DNA of 57,039 nucleotides from Thermoanaerobaculia bacterium. Its GTDB lineage: Bacteria > Acidobacteriota > Thermoanaerobaculia > UBA5066 > DATFVB01. Position 1 is the stretch's first letter. Each line of letters opens with the position of its first letter. The notes beneath the pieces were generated by a model. It had not been told where the DNA came from. It made no database searches and worked only from the letters and a program-made list of their open reading frames with translations. Shown in pieces: positions 29,885 to 39,149 of the stretch. A program made the position numbers and the translations under genes. The stretch is from positions 1-57,039 of the forward strand of contig DATFVB010000156.1 in the NCBI GenBank assembly GCA_035260525.1. The letters run 5' to 3'.

Positions 29885-30526
29885 ATGGGACGCCGGGCGA
29901 GAGTCACGCGAGCGCAGGTGCTGGCGGCGGCGCGGGAAGCGTTCGCCGAGGGGGGATTCGACGGGACGACGCTCGCCGCGATCGCCGCGCGGCTCGGGCT
30001 CAGTCCCGCCGCGCTGCTTCGCCACGCTCCGACGAAGGAGGCGCTGTTCGGAGCGGCGATGGCGGCGGGCGGTCCCGCCATGTCCGTCCCGCTCGACTTT
30101 CTCGGCGCCCTCGACGGGAGCGAGGACCCGATCGCAGTGCTGCGTCAGATCGCCGAACGGGTGATTCCCGTCCTCGAGGCGACGTTTGCCGAGACGATCG
30201 TCGGCTGGCTTCACGCCCGGAAGAAAGCCGGGCCCGTCGCCATGCCGCTTCCGTTCGACCCGCGCCTTCGCTCCTCGCCGCCGCAGCTGGCGTTTCGCGC
30301 GATCGAGGCGTATCTCCGGAAGGCGGTGCGGAAGGGACGCCTCCGCGTCGCCGATCCCCGGGCCGCGGCGACCGCGTTCCAGGGCGCCCTCTTCGCTTAC
30401 GTCGCGTTCCACAAGCTCTTCCGCATCCTCGACCCGCCGCTGCCGCTCGACCGGTACCTCGCGACGGTCCTCGAGATCTGGGCGCATGGCGCCGCCCCGC
30501 CCGCGCCGAAAGGGAGGCGCCGATGA
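29885..30526 (+). CDS. TetR-family transcriptional regulator
   Basis: The HTH is 'FDGTTLAAIAARLGLSPAALLRHAPTKEALF'. 213 aa. Confidence 0.88.
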   Translation: MGRRARVTRAQVLAAAREAFAEGGFDGTTLAAIAARLGLSPAALLRHAPTKEALFGAAMAAGGPAMSVPLDFLGALDGSEDPIAVLRQIAERVIPVLEATFAETIVGWLHARKKAGPVAMPLPFDPRLRSSPPQLAFRAIEAYLRKAVRKGRLRVADPRAAATAFQGALFAYVAFHKLFRILDPPLPLDRYLATVLEIWAHGAAPPAPKGRRR

Positions 30527-31455
30527 AGAAGAAGATCGCCCTGTCCGTCATCCTCCTGCTCGCGGCGGCGGGCGCGGCGTTCTGGTGGATCACCTCGCGA
30601 GCCCGTTCGAAGCCGCTCGAGCTCTCCGGGTCGATCGAGGCGCGCGACGCGCAGGTCGGCTCGCTCGTCGGGGGGCGGGTCGTTCGCGTGCGGGTCGACG
30701 AGGGAGCGGTCGTGAAGAAGGGGGACACGCTCGTCTTCCTCGAATCGGACCTGCTCGACCGGCAGATCGAGCAGGAGCGCGGCAACGTCGCCGCGCAGAG
30801 GGCGAACCTCGAGAAAGTCGTGCGCGGTCCGCGGACCGAGGAGATCGCCCGCGCGCGCGCGGACTGGGGAAACGCGGAGACGAAACGCCGGCGCAGCGAG
30901 GCCCTGCTCCAATCGGGGCTCCTGAGCCCGCAGGAATACGACGCCGACGCCGCGCAGGCCAGGATGCTCGGCGAGACCTACCGGGAGCTCGCGCGCGGCA
31001 ACCGCCCCGAGGACATCGCCCAGGCGCGGGCCCAGCTCGCCGCCGAGGAGGGCCGGCTGGCCTATCTCCTCGAGCAGAAGGACGAGCTGGTCGTCCGCGC
31101 GCCCGCCGACGGGATCGTCCAGACCATGGACCTGCGTCCCGGCGATCTCGTCGCGGCCAACCAGGGGATCGTGACGATCCTCGAGCCGTCCGAGATCTGG
31201 GTGCGCGTCTACGTGCCGGAGCCGAAGCTCGGCCTCGTCCGCGTCGGTCAGTCGGCGGCGATTTCGATCGACACGTTTCCCGGCCGGAGCTTCCGCGGAC
31301 GCGTCGTCGAGATCCGCCAGCAGTCGGAATACACGCCGAGAAACGTGCAGACGCTCGAACAGCGCGGCGACCAGGTCTTCGGCGTGAAGATCGCGATCGA
31401 GCCCGCGCCGGAGCTCAAGCCCGGCATGACCGCCGTCGTCCGGCTGTCCCCGTGA
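30523..31455 (+). CDS. HlyD-family membrane-fusion protein (ABC-2 associated)
   Basis: There is an ATGA overlap with tetR. It has an N-terminal TM helix, 'VRVDEGAVVKKGDTLVFLE', a coiled coil and 'RVYVPE...VGQSAAISIDTFPG'. Confidence 0.85.
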   Translation: MKKKIALSVILLLAAAGAAFWWITSRARSKPLELSGSIEARDAQVGSLVGGRVVRVRVDEGAVVKKGDTLVFLESDLLDRQIEQERGNVAAQRANLEKVVRGPRTEEIARARADWGNAETKRRRSEALLQSGLLSPQEYDADAAQARMLGETYRELARGNRPEDIAQARAQLAAEEGRLAYLLEQKDELVVRAPADGIVQTMDLRPGDLVAANQGIVTILEPSEIWVRVYVPEPKLGLVRVGQSAAISIDTFPGRSFRGRVVEIRQQSEYTPRNVQTLEQRGDQVFGVKIAIEPAPELKPGMTAVVRLSP

Positions 31456-32450
31456 CGGGGAACGGGGACCTCGGCATCGAGGTTCGAAGCGTGACGCGCG
31501 ACTTCGGTCCGGTGCGCGCGCTCGACTCGGTCTCGCTGTCGATCTCGCGGGGGGAGATCTTCGGGCTCCTCGGCCCGAACGGATCCGGCAAGTCCACGCT
31601 CATCCGGATTCTCTGCGGCCTGCTCGTCCCGACCGCCGGCGCGGCTTTCGTCGACGGCCTCGACGTCTCGACCTCGGGCGAGGAGGTGCGCCGCCGGATC
31701 GGCTACGTTCCGCAGCGGTTCTCCCTCTACGAGGACCTGACGGTGCTCGAGAACCTCGACTTCTTCGCGTCGGTGTACGGCCTCGAAGGAGAAAAGGCGA
31801 AGGAGCGCCGGCAATGGGCAATCGACCTCACCGGGATCGGCCCGTACCGCGAGCGCCTGGCGGCGCAGCTCTCGGGCGGATGGAAGCAGCGACTCGCGCT
31901 CGCCGCCTCGCTCATGCACGATCCTCGCGTCCTCTTCCTCGACGAGCCGACGGCGGGGATCGATCCGGTCGCGCGGCGCGAGCTGTGGAACCTCCTGTTC
32001 GAGCTCGCGGGCCGCGGGACGACGGTCCTCGTCGCCACCCACTACATGGACGAGGCGGAGCGATGCGGCACGGTCGCGTACCTGTACCTCTCGAAGCTGC
32101 TCGTCTACGGCAAGCCCGACGAGCTCACGCGGTTGCCCGAGGTCACGCCGGGAGGGATGCGGCGGATCGAGGCCGCGTGCGATCAGGGGGTCGCGACCTT
32201 GATGGGCCACGCCCGGACGCTGCCGTACGTCGAGGACGTGACGATCTTCGGCAATTCGCTGCACCTCCTCGTGCGCGCCGGCCGGGATGACGCGGCGATC
32301 GCCCGCGATCTCGAGAGGGAGACCGGCTCGCGGGTCGTGGTTCGCCCGATCGAGGCCGCGCTCGAGGACGTCTTCGTGCGGCTGACGAAGATCCACGCCG
32401 GGCGAAACGGAGCTCCGGTTTCCCCGGCGGGCCCGGGAGGGAATCCATGA
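31452..32450 (+). CDS. ABC-2-type transporter ATP-binding protein
   Basis: There is a GTGA overlap with the upstream gene. Motifs are 'GPNGSGKST', 'LSGGWKQRL' and 'VLFLDEPTAGIDP'. Confidence 0.9.
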   Translation: MTGNGDLGIEVRSVTRDFGPVRALDSVSLSISRGEIFGLLGPNGSGKSTLIRILCGLLVPTAGAAFVDGLDVSTSGEEVRRRIGYVPQRFSLYEDLTVLENLDFFASVYGLEGEKAKERRQWAIDLTGIGPYRERLAAQLSGGWKQRLALAASLMHDPRVLFLDEPTAGIDPVARRELWNLLFELAGRGTTVLVATHYMDEAERCGTVAYLYLSKLLVYGKPDELTRLPEVTPGGMRRIEAACDQGVATLMGHARTLPYVEDVTIFGNSLHLLVRAGRDDAAIARDLERETGSRVVVRPIEAALEDVFVRLTKIHAGRNGAPVSPAGPGGNP

Positions 32451-33553
32451 GGGGCCTCCGTGCGGTTCTCCGCAAGGAATGGACCCAGATGTTCCGGGAT
32501 CAATGGACCCTCCGGATGGCGTTCGTGATCCCCATCCTGGAGCTCGTGCTCTTCGGCCTGATCGACACCAACGTGCATCACGTTCCGACTGCCGTCTTCG
32601 ATCAGAGCCGGACGCCGGAGAGCCGCCAGCTGGTGCAGGACCTGGTGAACACGGGCTACTTCGAGATCCGCTCCCTTCCCGGCTCCGCGGAGGACGTTCG
32701 GCGGGAGATCGTCGCGGGAAAGACCTCGGTGGGAGTCCTGATCCCGCCCGATTTCGCGCGGCGCCGCTTGAACGGCGAGCCGGCCGATTTCCAGGTCCTG
32801 ATCGACGGCTCCGACTCGACGATCTCGTCGCAGACGCTCGCGGCGGCGAGCGGCGTGGCGTTCCAGCGCTCGCTCGAGGAGATCGCCGCCCGCGCGCACG
32901 TCACCGACCTGCCCTTGCGGCTCCACCCGCTCCTGCTCTTCAATCCCGACTCGCGAAGCGCGAATCTCCTGATCCCCGGGCTGATCGCCATCCTGCTGAC
33001 GTTCTCGGCGACGTTTCTCGCCGCGTTCGGGATCGTCAAGGAACGCGAGCGGGGAACCCTCGAGCAGCTGATGGTCACCCCGGTCTCGCCGGCCGCCGTC
33101 GTGATCGGAAAGCTCCTTCCGTACCTGGCGCTCGCCTTCGCCCAGCTGATCGTGATCCTGATCCTGATGGCGACGCTCTTCCGTGTGCCCATCCACGGCA
33201 GCGTTGCGCTCCTCTTCGGACTTTCGACGATCTATCTCTTCTCGCTCCTCGCGCTCGGGCTCCTCGTGTCGTCGCGGGCGAAGACGCAGATGGAGGCGAT
33301 CCAGCGGGCGCAGGTCATTCTGCTTCCGTCCTTTCTCCTCTCCGGCTACTTCTTCCCGATTTCGTCTCTTCCCGCCTGGCTGCGGCCCATGGCCTACGTG
33401 CTGCCCGCGACGTACTACATCAAGATCGCCCGGGGCATCATCATCCGCGGCGCGGGGTTCGTCGACCTCTGGCCGAGCGTGGCGGCGCTCGTGGCGATTT
33501 CCGCGATACTCGTCGCGGCGAGCACGCGGGCTTTCAAGAAGACGATCGGCTAG
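32447..33553 (+). CDS. ABC-2-type transporter permease
   Basis: 368 aa with an ATGA overlap. It has an N-terminal TM helix, a large periplasmic loop and then 5 TM helices. Confidence 0.85.
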   Translation: MRGLRAVLRKEWTQMFRDQWTLRMAFVIPILELVLFGLIDTNVHHVPTAVFDQSRTPESRQLVQDLVNTGYFEIRSLPGSAEDVRREIVAGKTSVGVLIPPDFARRRLNGEPADFQVLIDGSDSTISSQTLAAASGVAFQRSLEEIAARAHVTDLPLRLHPLLLFNPDSRSANLLIPGLIAILLTFSATFLAAFGIVKERERGTLEQLMVTPVSPAAVVIGKLLPYLALAFAQLIVILILMATLFRVPIHGSVALLFGLSTIYLFSLLALGLLVSSRAKTQMEAIQRAQVILLPSFLLSGYFFPISSLPAWLRPMAYVLPATYYIKIARGIIIRGAGFVDLWPSVAALVAISAILVAASTRAFKKTIG

Positions 33554-33573
33554 GCGCGATACCATCGCGCCTG

Positions 33574-35448
33574 ATGTGCGGGATCGCCGGCCTCGTGGAT
33601 CTCGACGGCGTCCCGCCGGACCGCCCTCTCCTGCTGTCGATGATGCGGCGGATCGCGCATCGCGGCCCCGACGGCGGAGGCTGGATGGAAGACACGGCGG
33701 GGTCGATTCTCGAGGGCGGCCGCGAGTCGTCGGTTCCCGCCTCCGGACGGCGCTTCGCGCCCCGCCGGCCCGGCGCCTCCGCGGCGCTCGGCCATCAGCG
33801 CCTCGCGATCACCGATCTCTCGGAGGCGGGCCGGCAGCCGATGTCCCGCGGCGACGGGCGGTGGTGGATCGTCTTCAACGGCGCGATCTTCAACGCGCCC
33901 GAGCTCCGGCGGGAGCTCGAGGAGGCGGGCGAGCGCTTCACCAGCGCGACGGACACGGAGGTCCTCCTCGCCGCGTGGATCCGGTGGGGCGCCGCGGCGC
34001 TCGACCGGTTCAACGGGATGTGGGCCTTCGCGATCTGGGACGCGCGGGATCGCGAGCTCGTCTGCGCGCGCGACCGGTACGGGATCAAGCCGTTCTATTG
34101 GACGACCGCGGGGGACGTCTTCGCGTTCGGATCGGAGCCGAAGGCGCTCCGGCCCGTTCGCCCGGCGGCGCCCGACCTGAAGCTGGTGGCGGACTATCTC
34201 GCCTGGGGGTCGAGTATCCCCGGGGGCGACGCCACCGGCTACGACGGCTACCACGAGCTTCCGGCGGGCTCGATGCTCCGCACGGACGCGTCGGGCATCC
34301 GGGTGGAGACATGGTACGACCTCGACGAGCGGGTCCGCGACGCTCCGCCCGCGCCGCCGTTCGAGGAAGCCGCCGCGCGACTGCGGGAGCTCCTCGACGA
34401 CGCGATCCGGATCCGCCTCCGGGCCGACGTCCCCGTCGGACTCCTGCTTTCGGGCGGCGTCGATTCCTCCGGGATCGCCGGCATCCTCGCGGCACGTCAC
34501 CGCGGCGCGTTCTCGGGTCCGGCGATATCGCTCCGCTATCGGCGGAAGGAGATCGACGAAAGCCGCTACTCGGACGCGGTTCTCCGTGCGACGGGGATTC
34601 CGGGCGTATACGTCGAACCGACGCCCGAGAGCTTCGATCGAAACCTCGACGAATACATGGCGAGAACCGGCCACCTGACCATGGGCTCGGTCGGGTACGC
34701 CCAGTACCTTCTGTACGCGCGGGCGCGCGCCGTCGGGCTTCCGGTGATCCTGGTAGGGCAGGGATCCGACGAGCTCTTCGGCGGCTACGAGCCCTGGGAC
34801 GTGCACGTGACGCAGCTCTGGAACCGGGGACGGAAGTGGACGGCCGTCCGCGAGGGCCTCCTCTCCGGGCGGCGTCAGTGGGGATGGCCGATCGGGATCC
34901 GGCATACCGTCGGCGTCCTGCGGACGGCCCGGCGGCCCCCGCGATGCCGGTGCGACCGCGCCGGGACGCTCCAGGATCACCAGCGGCACTTGCTGCTCCT
35001 CGACTACCTGCCCGCGATCCTCGAGGGCGAGGATCGCAACTCGATGGCCTCCGCCGTCGAGTCGCGGCTGCCTTTCCTCGATCATCGGATCGTCGAATTC
35101 GCGCGAACCCTTCCCCCGGATTACCTCTGCCGCGGCGGCTGGACGAAGGCCGTGCTTCGCCGCGCGCTCGACGGACTCGTTCCGGAATACGTGCTCCGGC
35201 GGCCGCGCAAGCTCGGTCTCCCCGGCCCGCTCGCGGGGCTGGCCTGCCCGCCGGAGGCCGACGCCGCGCGCCGGCGCCTCATCGAAGGCGGGTGGTTCCC
35301 GGCATCCCTCGTCGGCGAGGCCGGCTCCGCGCTCTCCGCCGCCGGGCAGATGCGCCTTCGCCTTCTCGACGCCTGGGCCCGAAGCTGCCTCGACCGGCCC
35401 GCGGTCAGCCCGGCGCCGCCGGAGGAGTCCCGCGCCACCGTTGCGTGA
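33574..35448 (+). CDS. asnB: Asparagine synthetase B-type glutamine amidotransferase (class II GATase + PP-loop synthetase)
   Basis: 'MCGIAG' provides the Cys2 nucleophile. Also present are 'HRGPDG', 'NGAIFN', the PP-loop 'LLLSGGVDSS' and 'EDRNSMA...ESRLPFLD'. It starts 20 nt after the permease gene, and its 3' end overlaps array paralog 1 by 44 bp. Confidence 0.88.
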   Translation: MCGIAGLVDLDGVPPDRPLLLSMMRRIAHRGPDGGGWMEDTAGSILEGGRESSVPASGRRFAPRRPGASAALGHQRLAITDLSEAGRQPMSRGDGRWWIVFNGAIFNAPELRRELEEAGERFTSATDTEVLLAAWIRWGAAALDRFNGMWAFAIWDARDRELVCARDRYGIKPFYWTTAGDVFAFGSEPKALRPVRPAAPDLKLVADYLAWGSSIPGGDATGYDGYHELPAGSMLRTDASGIRVETWYDLDERVRDAPPAPPFEEAAARLRELLDDAIRIRLRADVPVGLLLSGGVDSSGIAGILAARHRGAFSGPAISLRYRRKEIDESRYSDAVLRATGIPGVYVEPTPESFDRNLDEYMARTGHLTMGSVGYAQYLLYARARAVGLPVILVGQGSDELFGGYEPWDVHVTQLWNRGRKWTAVREGLLSGRRQWGWPIGIRHTVGVLRTARRPPRCRCDRAGTLQDHQRHLLLLDYLPAILEGEDRNSMASAVESRLPFLDHRIVEFARTLPPDYLCRGGWTKAVLRRALDGLVPEYVLRRPRKLGLPGPLAGLACPPEADAARRRLIEGGWFPASLVGEAGSALSAAGQMRLRLLDAWARSCLDRPAVSPAPPEESRATVA

Positions 35449-36670
35449 CCCGCTGGAGCGTGCCGCCGAGGAGCCCGCGGTCGAGGCGGCGGAGCTTCCC
35501 CTTCCAGCCCGCGTCGCGGTGCCACCGTTCGATCCGGCGCGCCTCGGCGATCTTTGCGCGCACTGCCGCCGCGATCCGGCCGGCGCCCCCCCGTTCGAGA
35601 AGCGGGACGAGCGGAGCCCAGTAGAGCGCGAAGTTCTCCGGTGAGTATCCGAACGTCATCGACTCGATCGCCTCGGGCGTGACCCGCCGGCCGCCGAAAG
35701 CGGCGAAATCGTCGAGAACGCCGAGCGCGGCGAGGGCGGTCATCGTGCGGAGGCACTTCTCGCAGCGCCCGCAGTTCGACTCGCCGTCCGGCAGCGGTCC
35801 CTCGAAGCACACCTGGAGGTGCCGGCGCGCGACGTCCCACCCGGCGATCTCCGCGATCTTCTCCGAGCGGCCCGGGCGGAACTCCTCGTGCCGTATTTCG
35901 ACGCCGGAGCTCGAGAAGAGAGGGTCGAGCAGCGGATGGGTCCCCCAACGGTGGAGCGCGCCCGCGTCGAGCGTCGCCGCGATCGACGCCGAGCCGATCC
36001 GTTGCGCGAAGGCGTGGGCGGCCGAAGCGAGGAGCGCGCCCTGGTCCTGGGGGCCGGCCAGCACGACGCCGCCCAAAATGCGGAAGTTGCCGTCGATCTC
36101 CACGACTTCGAGGTCGTTCCGGGCGGCGATCTCCGCGACGGCCTTCGCGTGGCGGCGGGCGAGATCGCCGGCGCGGGGTGTGGGCACCTCTTCGGCAAAC
36201 GACATGCTCCGAATGGAAATCGCGTCGCGGAAGGACGCCGGGTGCCCGGCGGGGAAGGCCTGCCGGTTCTTCCGGAGCAGATGAAGGGAATCGACTCCGC
36301 CGGTCAGGAACAGGGCCGACCGTTCTCGCCGCCCGGCGAACGGACGAAAACCGTCCGACGGCTCCAGGGCCGCCGGAGGGCGGTCGCGCTTCCACCATGC
36401 GGAGAGGAGCCGCTGGACGGCTGCGATCCCGTCTCGGAGGCGCGGACAGACCGCTCCCTCGACCGCGATCCGCCGTTCTCCGGAGCGCCAGGCGGGGACG
36501 ACCGAGGCGAGCAGGAAAGGGTGCGGGTCGGCTCCGAGTACGTCGGCCCCCGTTCCGCGGGAGGTGAACGTCAGCTCGAAGGGAGGGCGGCCGGATTCTT
36601 CCCATTCGACCCGTGCGGAGAGCGCGACGCGGTCCCCGTTCCGCGCGAGGGAAACGCCGCCGATCCTCAT
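35405..36670 (-). CDS. Tandem-array paralog 1 of 10 (last transcribed): PP-loop / QueC-like four-Cys protein, function unknown
   Basis: 421 aa. Motifs are 'GERRIAVEGAVCPRL', 'FLTGGVDSL', 'WGTHPLLDP', 'VCFEGPLPDGESNCGRCEKC' and the tail 'AGWKGKLRRLDRGLLGG'. The ATG at 36668-36670 overlaps the stop of paralog 2. Confidence 0.85.
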   Translation of the reverse strand: MRIGGVSLARNGDRVALSARVEWEESGRPPFELTFTSRGTGADVLGADPHPFLLASVVPAWRSGERRIAVEGAVCPRLRDGIAAVQRLLSAWWKRDRPPAALEPSDGFRPFAGRRERSALFLTGGVDSLHLLRKNRQAFPAGHPASFRDAISIRSMSFAEEVPTPRAGDLARRHAKAVAEIAARNDLEVVEIDGNFRILGGVVLAGPQDQGALLASAAHAFAQRIGSASIAATLDAGALHRWGTHPLLDPLFSSSGVEIRHEEFRPGRSEKIAEIAGWDVARRHLQVCFEGPLPDGESNCGRCEKCLRTMTALAALGVLDDFAAFGGRRVTPEAIESMTFGYSPENFALYWAPLVPLLERGGAGRIAAAVRAKIAEARRIERWHRDAGWKGKLRRLDRGLLGGTLQRVTQRWRGTPPAAPG

Positions 36671-37905
36671 GTCGCCCTTGCCACCGCGCGGCGGATCGCG
36701 AGGAGACGTCCGCCGAGGAGCCGGCGGTCGGCGCGGCGGAGCAGGCCCTTCCATCCCGCGTCCTCGAACCACCGCGCCTGCCGTGCGGCGACGGCGAGCC
36801 GGCGCTCCACCGCACCGGCGAGGTCGTCGCGGCGGCCGCGGAGGAGCGGAAGGAGATCGCGCCAGTAGGGGGCGTAATGCGGACCGAAGTCGAAGGCCCC
36901 GACCGTCCGCGCGAGATCGAGGGCCGGGAACTCGCGCGCCTCCTCGAGACGTCCGAAAGCGGCGAGCGCGGTCATGGTGCGGAGGCACTTCTCGCAGCGG
37001 CCGCAGTTGAGGAGCGGCGGCGGGGGCCCGCTCATGCAGACGAGGAGCCGCGAAACGGCGCCTCCCGCAGCGCAGAGCTCGGCGATCCGGTCGGGCCGGG
37101 AGATTCCGATTCCCTCGTGGCGGACCGCAACGGCGGCGCTTCCGAGAGCGGCGTCGATCAGGGGATGCGTCCCGAGCGGGACGAGAATCGTCACATCGCG
37201 CCCGGAGGCGAGCGTCGCCGAGCTCCATCGGGACGGGAAGAGGTGCGCGGCGGACGCGAGCACGGACGAAAGCGAACGTTTCGCGATGAACTCGATTTCC
37301 GGCGCGAGCGCCGTGACGTTCGTCGCGACCGACACGAGCGCGAGACCCGATTCCGCGGCGGTCTCCTCCAACACGGCCCGGGTGCGGGCGTAACCGGCGA
37401 ACGGCTCCGCCGGGTCGAGCTGGTCCGGCGCGTAGAGGCCGAAGACGGCGAGCGCGTCGGTAAACGATTCGGGATGGTCGCGGGGGAAGTCGGCGCGGTT
37501 GCGACGCAGCAGGTGCGTCGAGTCGACACCCCCCGTCAGGAAGACCGCCGCCCGCGGCGGGCGGCGGGGAAAGGCGGCGCAAAACCCTTCGCGCGCCTCG
37601 ATCCGGGGCGGCTCCGAAGACGTCCCGCGCCACCCGTCGAAGACGCGCGCGATCGTGAGGAGTCCTTCGGCGAGCCGCGGGCAGACCGGTCCCTCGAGCG
37701 CGACTCGGCGCTCCCCGCTCGAGGCCGCCGGAAGGAATGCCGCCGCGAGGACCGCGTCGGACGAGGCGGCGAGATCGGCCGCAGCGGCGCCTTCGACTTC
37801 CCACCAGACGTCGAGGGGCGGACGCCCGCTTTCCTCCCAGAGGACGCGGGCGGCGACGCGGGCGCCCGCGCGGGTCGGCTCCCGACGAAGGTCGACGATC
37901 CTCAT
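36667..37905 (-). CDS. Tandem-array paralog 2 of 10
   Basis: 412 aa. Motifs are 'GERRVALEGPVCPRL', 'FLTGGVDST', 'LGTHPLIDA', 'VCMSGPPPPLLNCGRCEKC' and 'AGWKGLLRRADRRLLGG'. There are ATGA overlaps at both ends. Confidence 0.85.
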   Translation of the reverse strand: MRIVDLRREPTRAGARVAARVLWEESGRPPLDVWWEVEGAAAADLAASSDAVLAAAFLPAASSGERRVALEGPVCPRLAEGLLTIARVFDGWRGTSSEPPRIEAREGFCAAFPRRPPRAAVFLTGGVDSTHLLRRNRADFPRDHPESFTDALAVFGLYAPDQLDPAEPFAGYARTRAVLEETAAESGLALVSVATNVTALAPEIEFIAKRSLSSVLASAAHLFPSRWSSATLASGRDVTILVPLGTHPLIDAALGSAAVAVRHEGIGISRPDRIAELCAAGGAVSRLLVCMSGPPPPLLNCGRCEKCLRTMTALAAFGRLEEAREFPALDLARTVGAFDFGPHYAPYWRDLLPLLRGRRDDLAGAVERRLAVAARQARWFEDAGWKGLLRRADRRLLGGRLLAIRRAVARAT

Positions 37906-39149
37906 CGCGCCCCTCGGGCGATCCGCCGCCGGAACGCGAGCGCGCGCCCGCCGAGCCACCGCCGGTCGAGACGCCGAAGCAGGCCGGTCCATCCGCGATC
38001 CCGCTCCCACTCCTCCGCGCGGCGGTTGGCCTCGAGCCTCTCGTCGATGGCATCGGCGAGGTCGGGGCGCCCCGCGCGGCGCGCCCCGGAAGCCATCGGT
38101 TCCCAGTAGTAGTCGAGACGGCGGTACGATGGGACGCCGGGGAGGCTCCGGATCGCATCGGCCGTGACGTCGCGCGGGAACGTCTCGGACTCCGCGAGCG
38201 CGCCGGCGACGAGGAGCTCCACCATCGTTCGCAGGCACTTCTCGCAGCGACCGCAATTGAGCAACGGGTCGCCGGGAAGCGGGAAGCTGCAGGTATAGAG
38301 GTGGCGGCGGCCGGGCTCGGATCCTCCCACCCGGGCCGCCTTTTCTTCGCGCTTTATGCCGATCCCGTCGTGGACGAAGCGCACGGCCGACGTTCCGAAG
38401 AGCGGGTCGAGCAGGGGGTGCGATCCCCAGGGATGGAGACCCGACATGACGTCGTCGGACGCCGCGAGGGCGACGGTCGAGACTCGTCCGGAGAGGAGCT
38501 GCGCGATTGCGGCGAAGAACGAGCCGTGCGACTCGAGTGCGAACGAGCGAAGGCTTCCCTGGAGCCCGAGCAGGTTCGTGGAGACCACCGTCAACGGCAG
38601 CCCGGCTTCGGCCGCGGTCGCCCGGACCGCGCGTTCCGATCGCGCGCCCGTCTCGGCGAGCTGCGGTTCGTCCGGAAAAAGGCCGCAACGCGTGACGAAG
38701 ATGGCGCGCCGGACCGCGGCCGGGTGCTCCCGCGGTAAGCCGGCTCCTCGCGAGAGGAGGAGGTCCAGGGAGTCGAGCCCGCCGCTGAGGAAGATCGCTT
38801 CCCCTCCGGCGGCGGGAGGATAACCCGCGCGAAATCCTTCGGAGGGCTCGAGCGCCGGCATCCGGCGGTCGCCGCCGTACCAGCTCCCGAGGACCGCCGC
38901 CGCGGCGCGGAGCCCGTCGCGGAGGACGGGGCAGATCGCCCCTTCCACGGCGATGCGGCGCTCTCCATCGCGGAGGGCGGCGACGAACACCGCGATCAGG
39001 AACGCGTTCGGGTCGGCGGCGGGGACGTCGCCGGAAAGGAACGAGAAATGGAGGTCGAACGGCGGGCGGCCGGCGTCCTCCCACTCGACGCGCGCCTCGA
39101 TCGTGTCTTCCCCGGCGGTCCCGGTGCGGCGAATCGCCCCGATCTTCAT
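37902..39149 (-). CDS. Tandem-array paralog 3 of 10
   Basis: 415 aa. Motifs are 'GERRIAVEGAICPVL', 'FLSGGLDSL', 'WGSHPLLDP', 'TCSFPLPGDPLLNCGRCEKC' and 'RGWTGLLRRLDRRWLGG'. Confidence 0.85.
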   Translation of the reverse strand: MKIGAIRRTGTAGEDTIEARVEWEDAGRPPFDLHFSFLSGDVPAADPNAFLIAVFVAALRDGERRIAVEGAICPVLRDGLRAAAAVLGSWYGGDRRMPALEPSEGFRAGYPPAAGGEAIFLSGGLDSLDLLLSRGAGLPREHPAAVRRAIFVTRCGLFPDEPQLAETGARSERAVRATAAEAGLPLTVVSTNLLGLQGSLRSFALESHGSFFAAIAQLLSGRVSTVALAASDDVMSGLHPWGSHPLLDPLFGTSAVRFVHDGIGIKREEKAARVGGSEPGRRHLYTCSFPLPGDPLLNCGRCEKCLRTMVELLVAGALAESETFPRDVTADAIRSLPGVPSYRRLDYYWEPMASGARRAGRPDLADAIDERLEANRRAEEWERDRGWTGLLRRLDRRWLGGRALAFRRRIARGAR

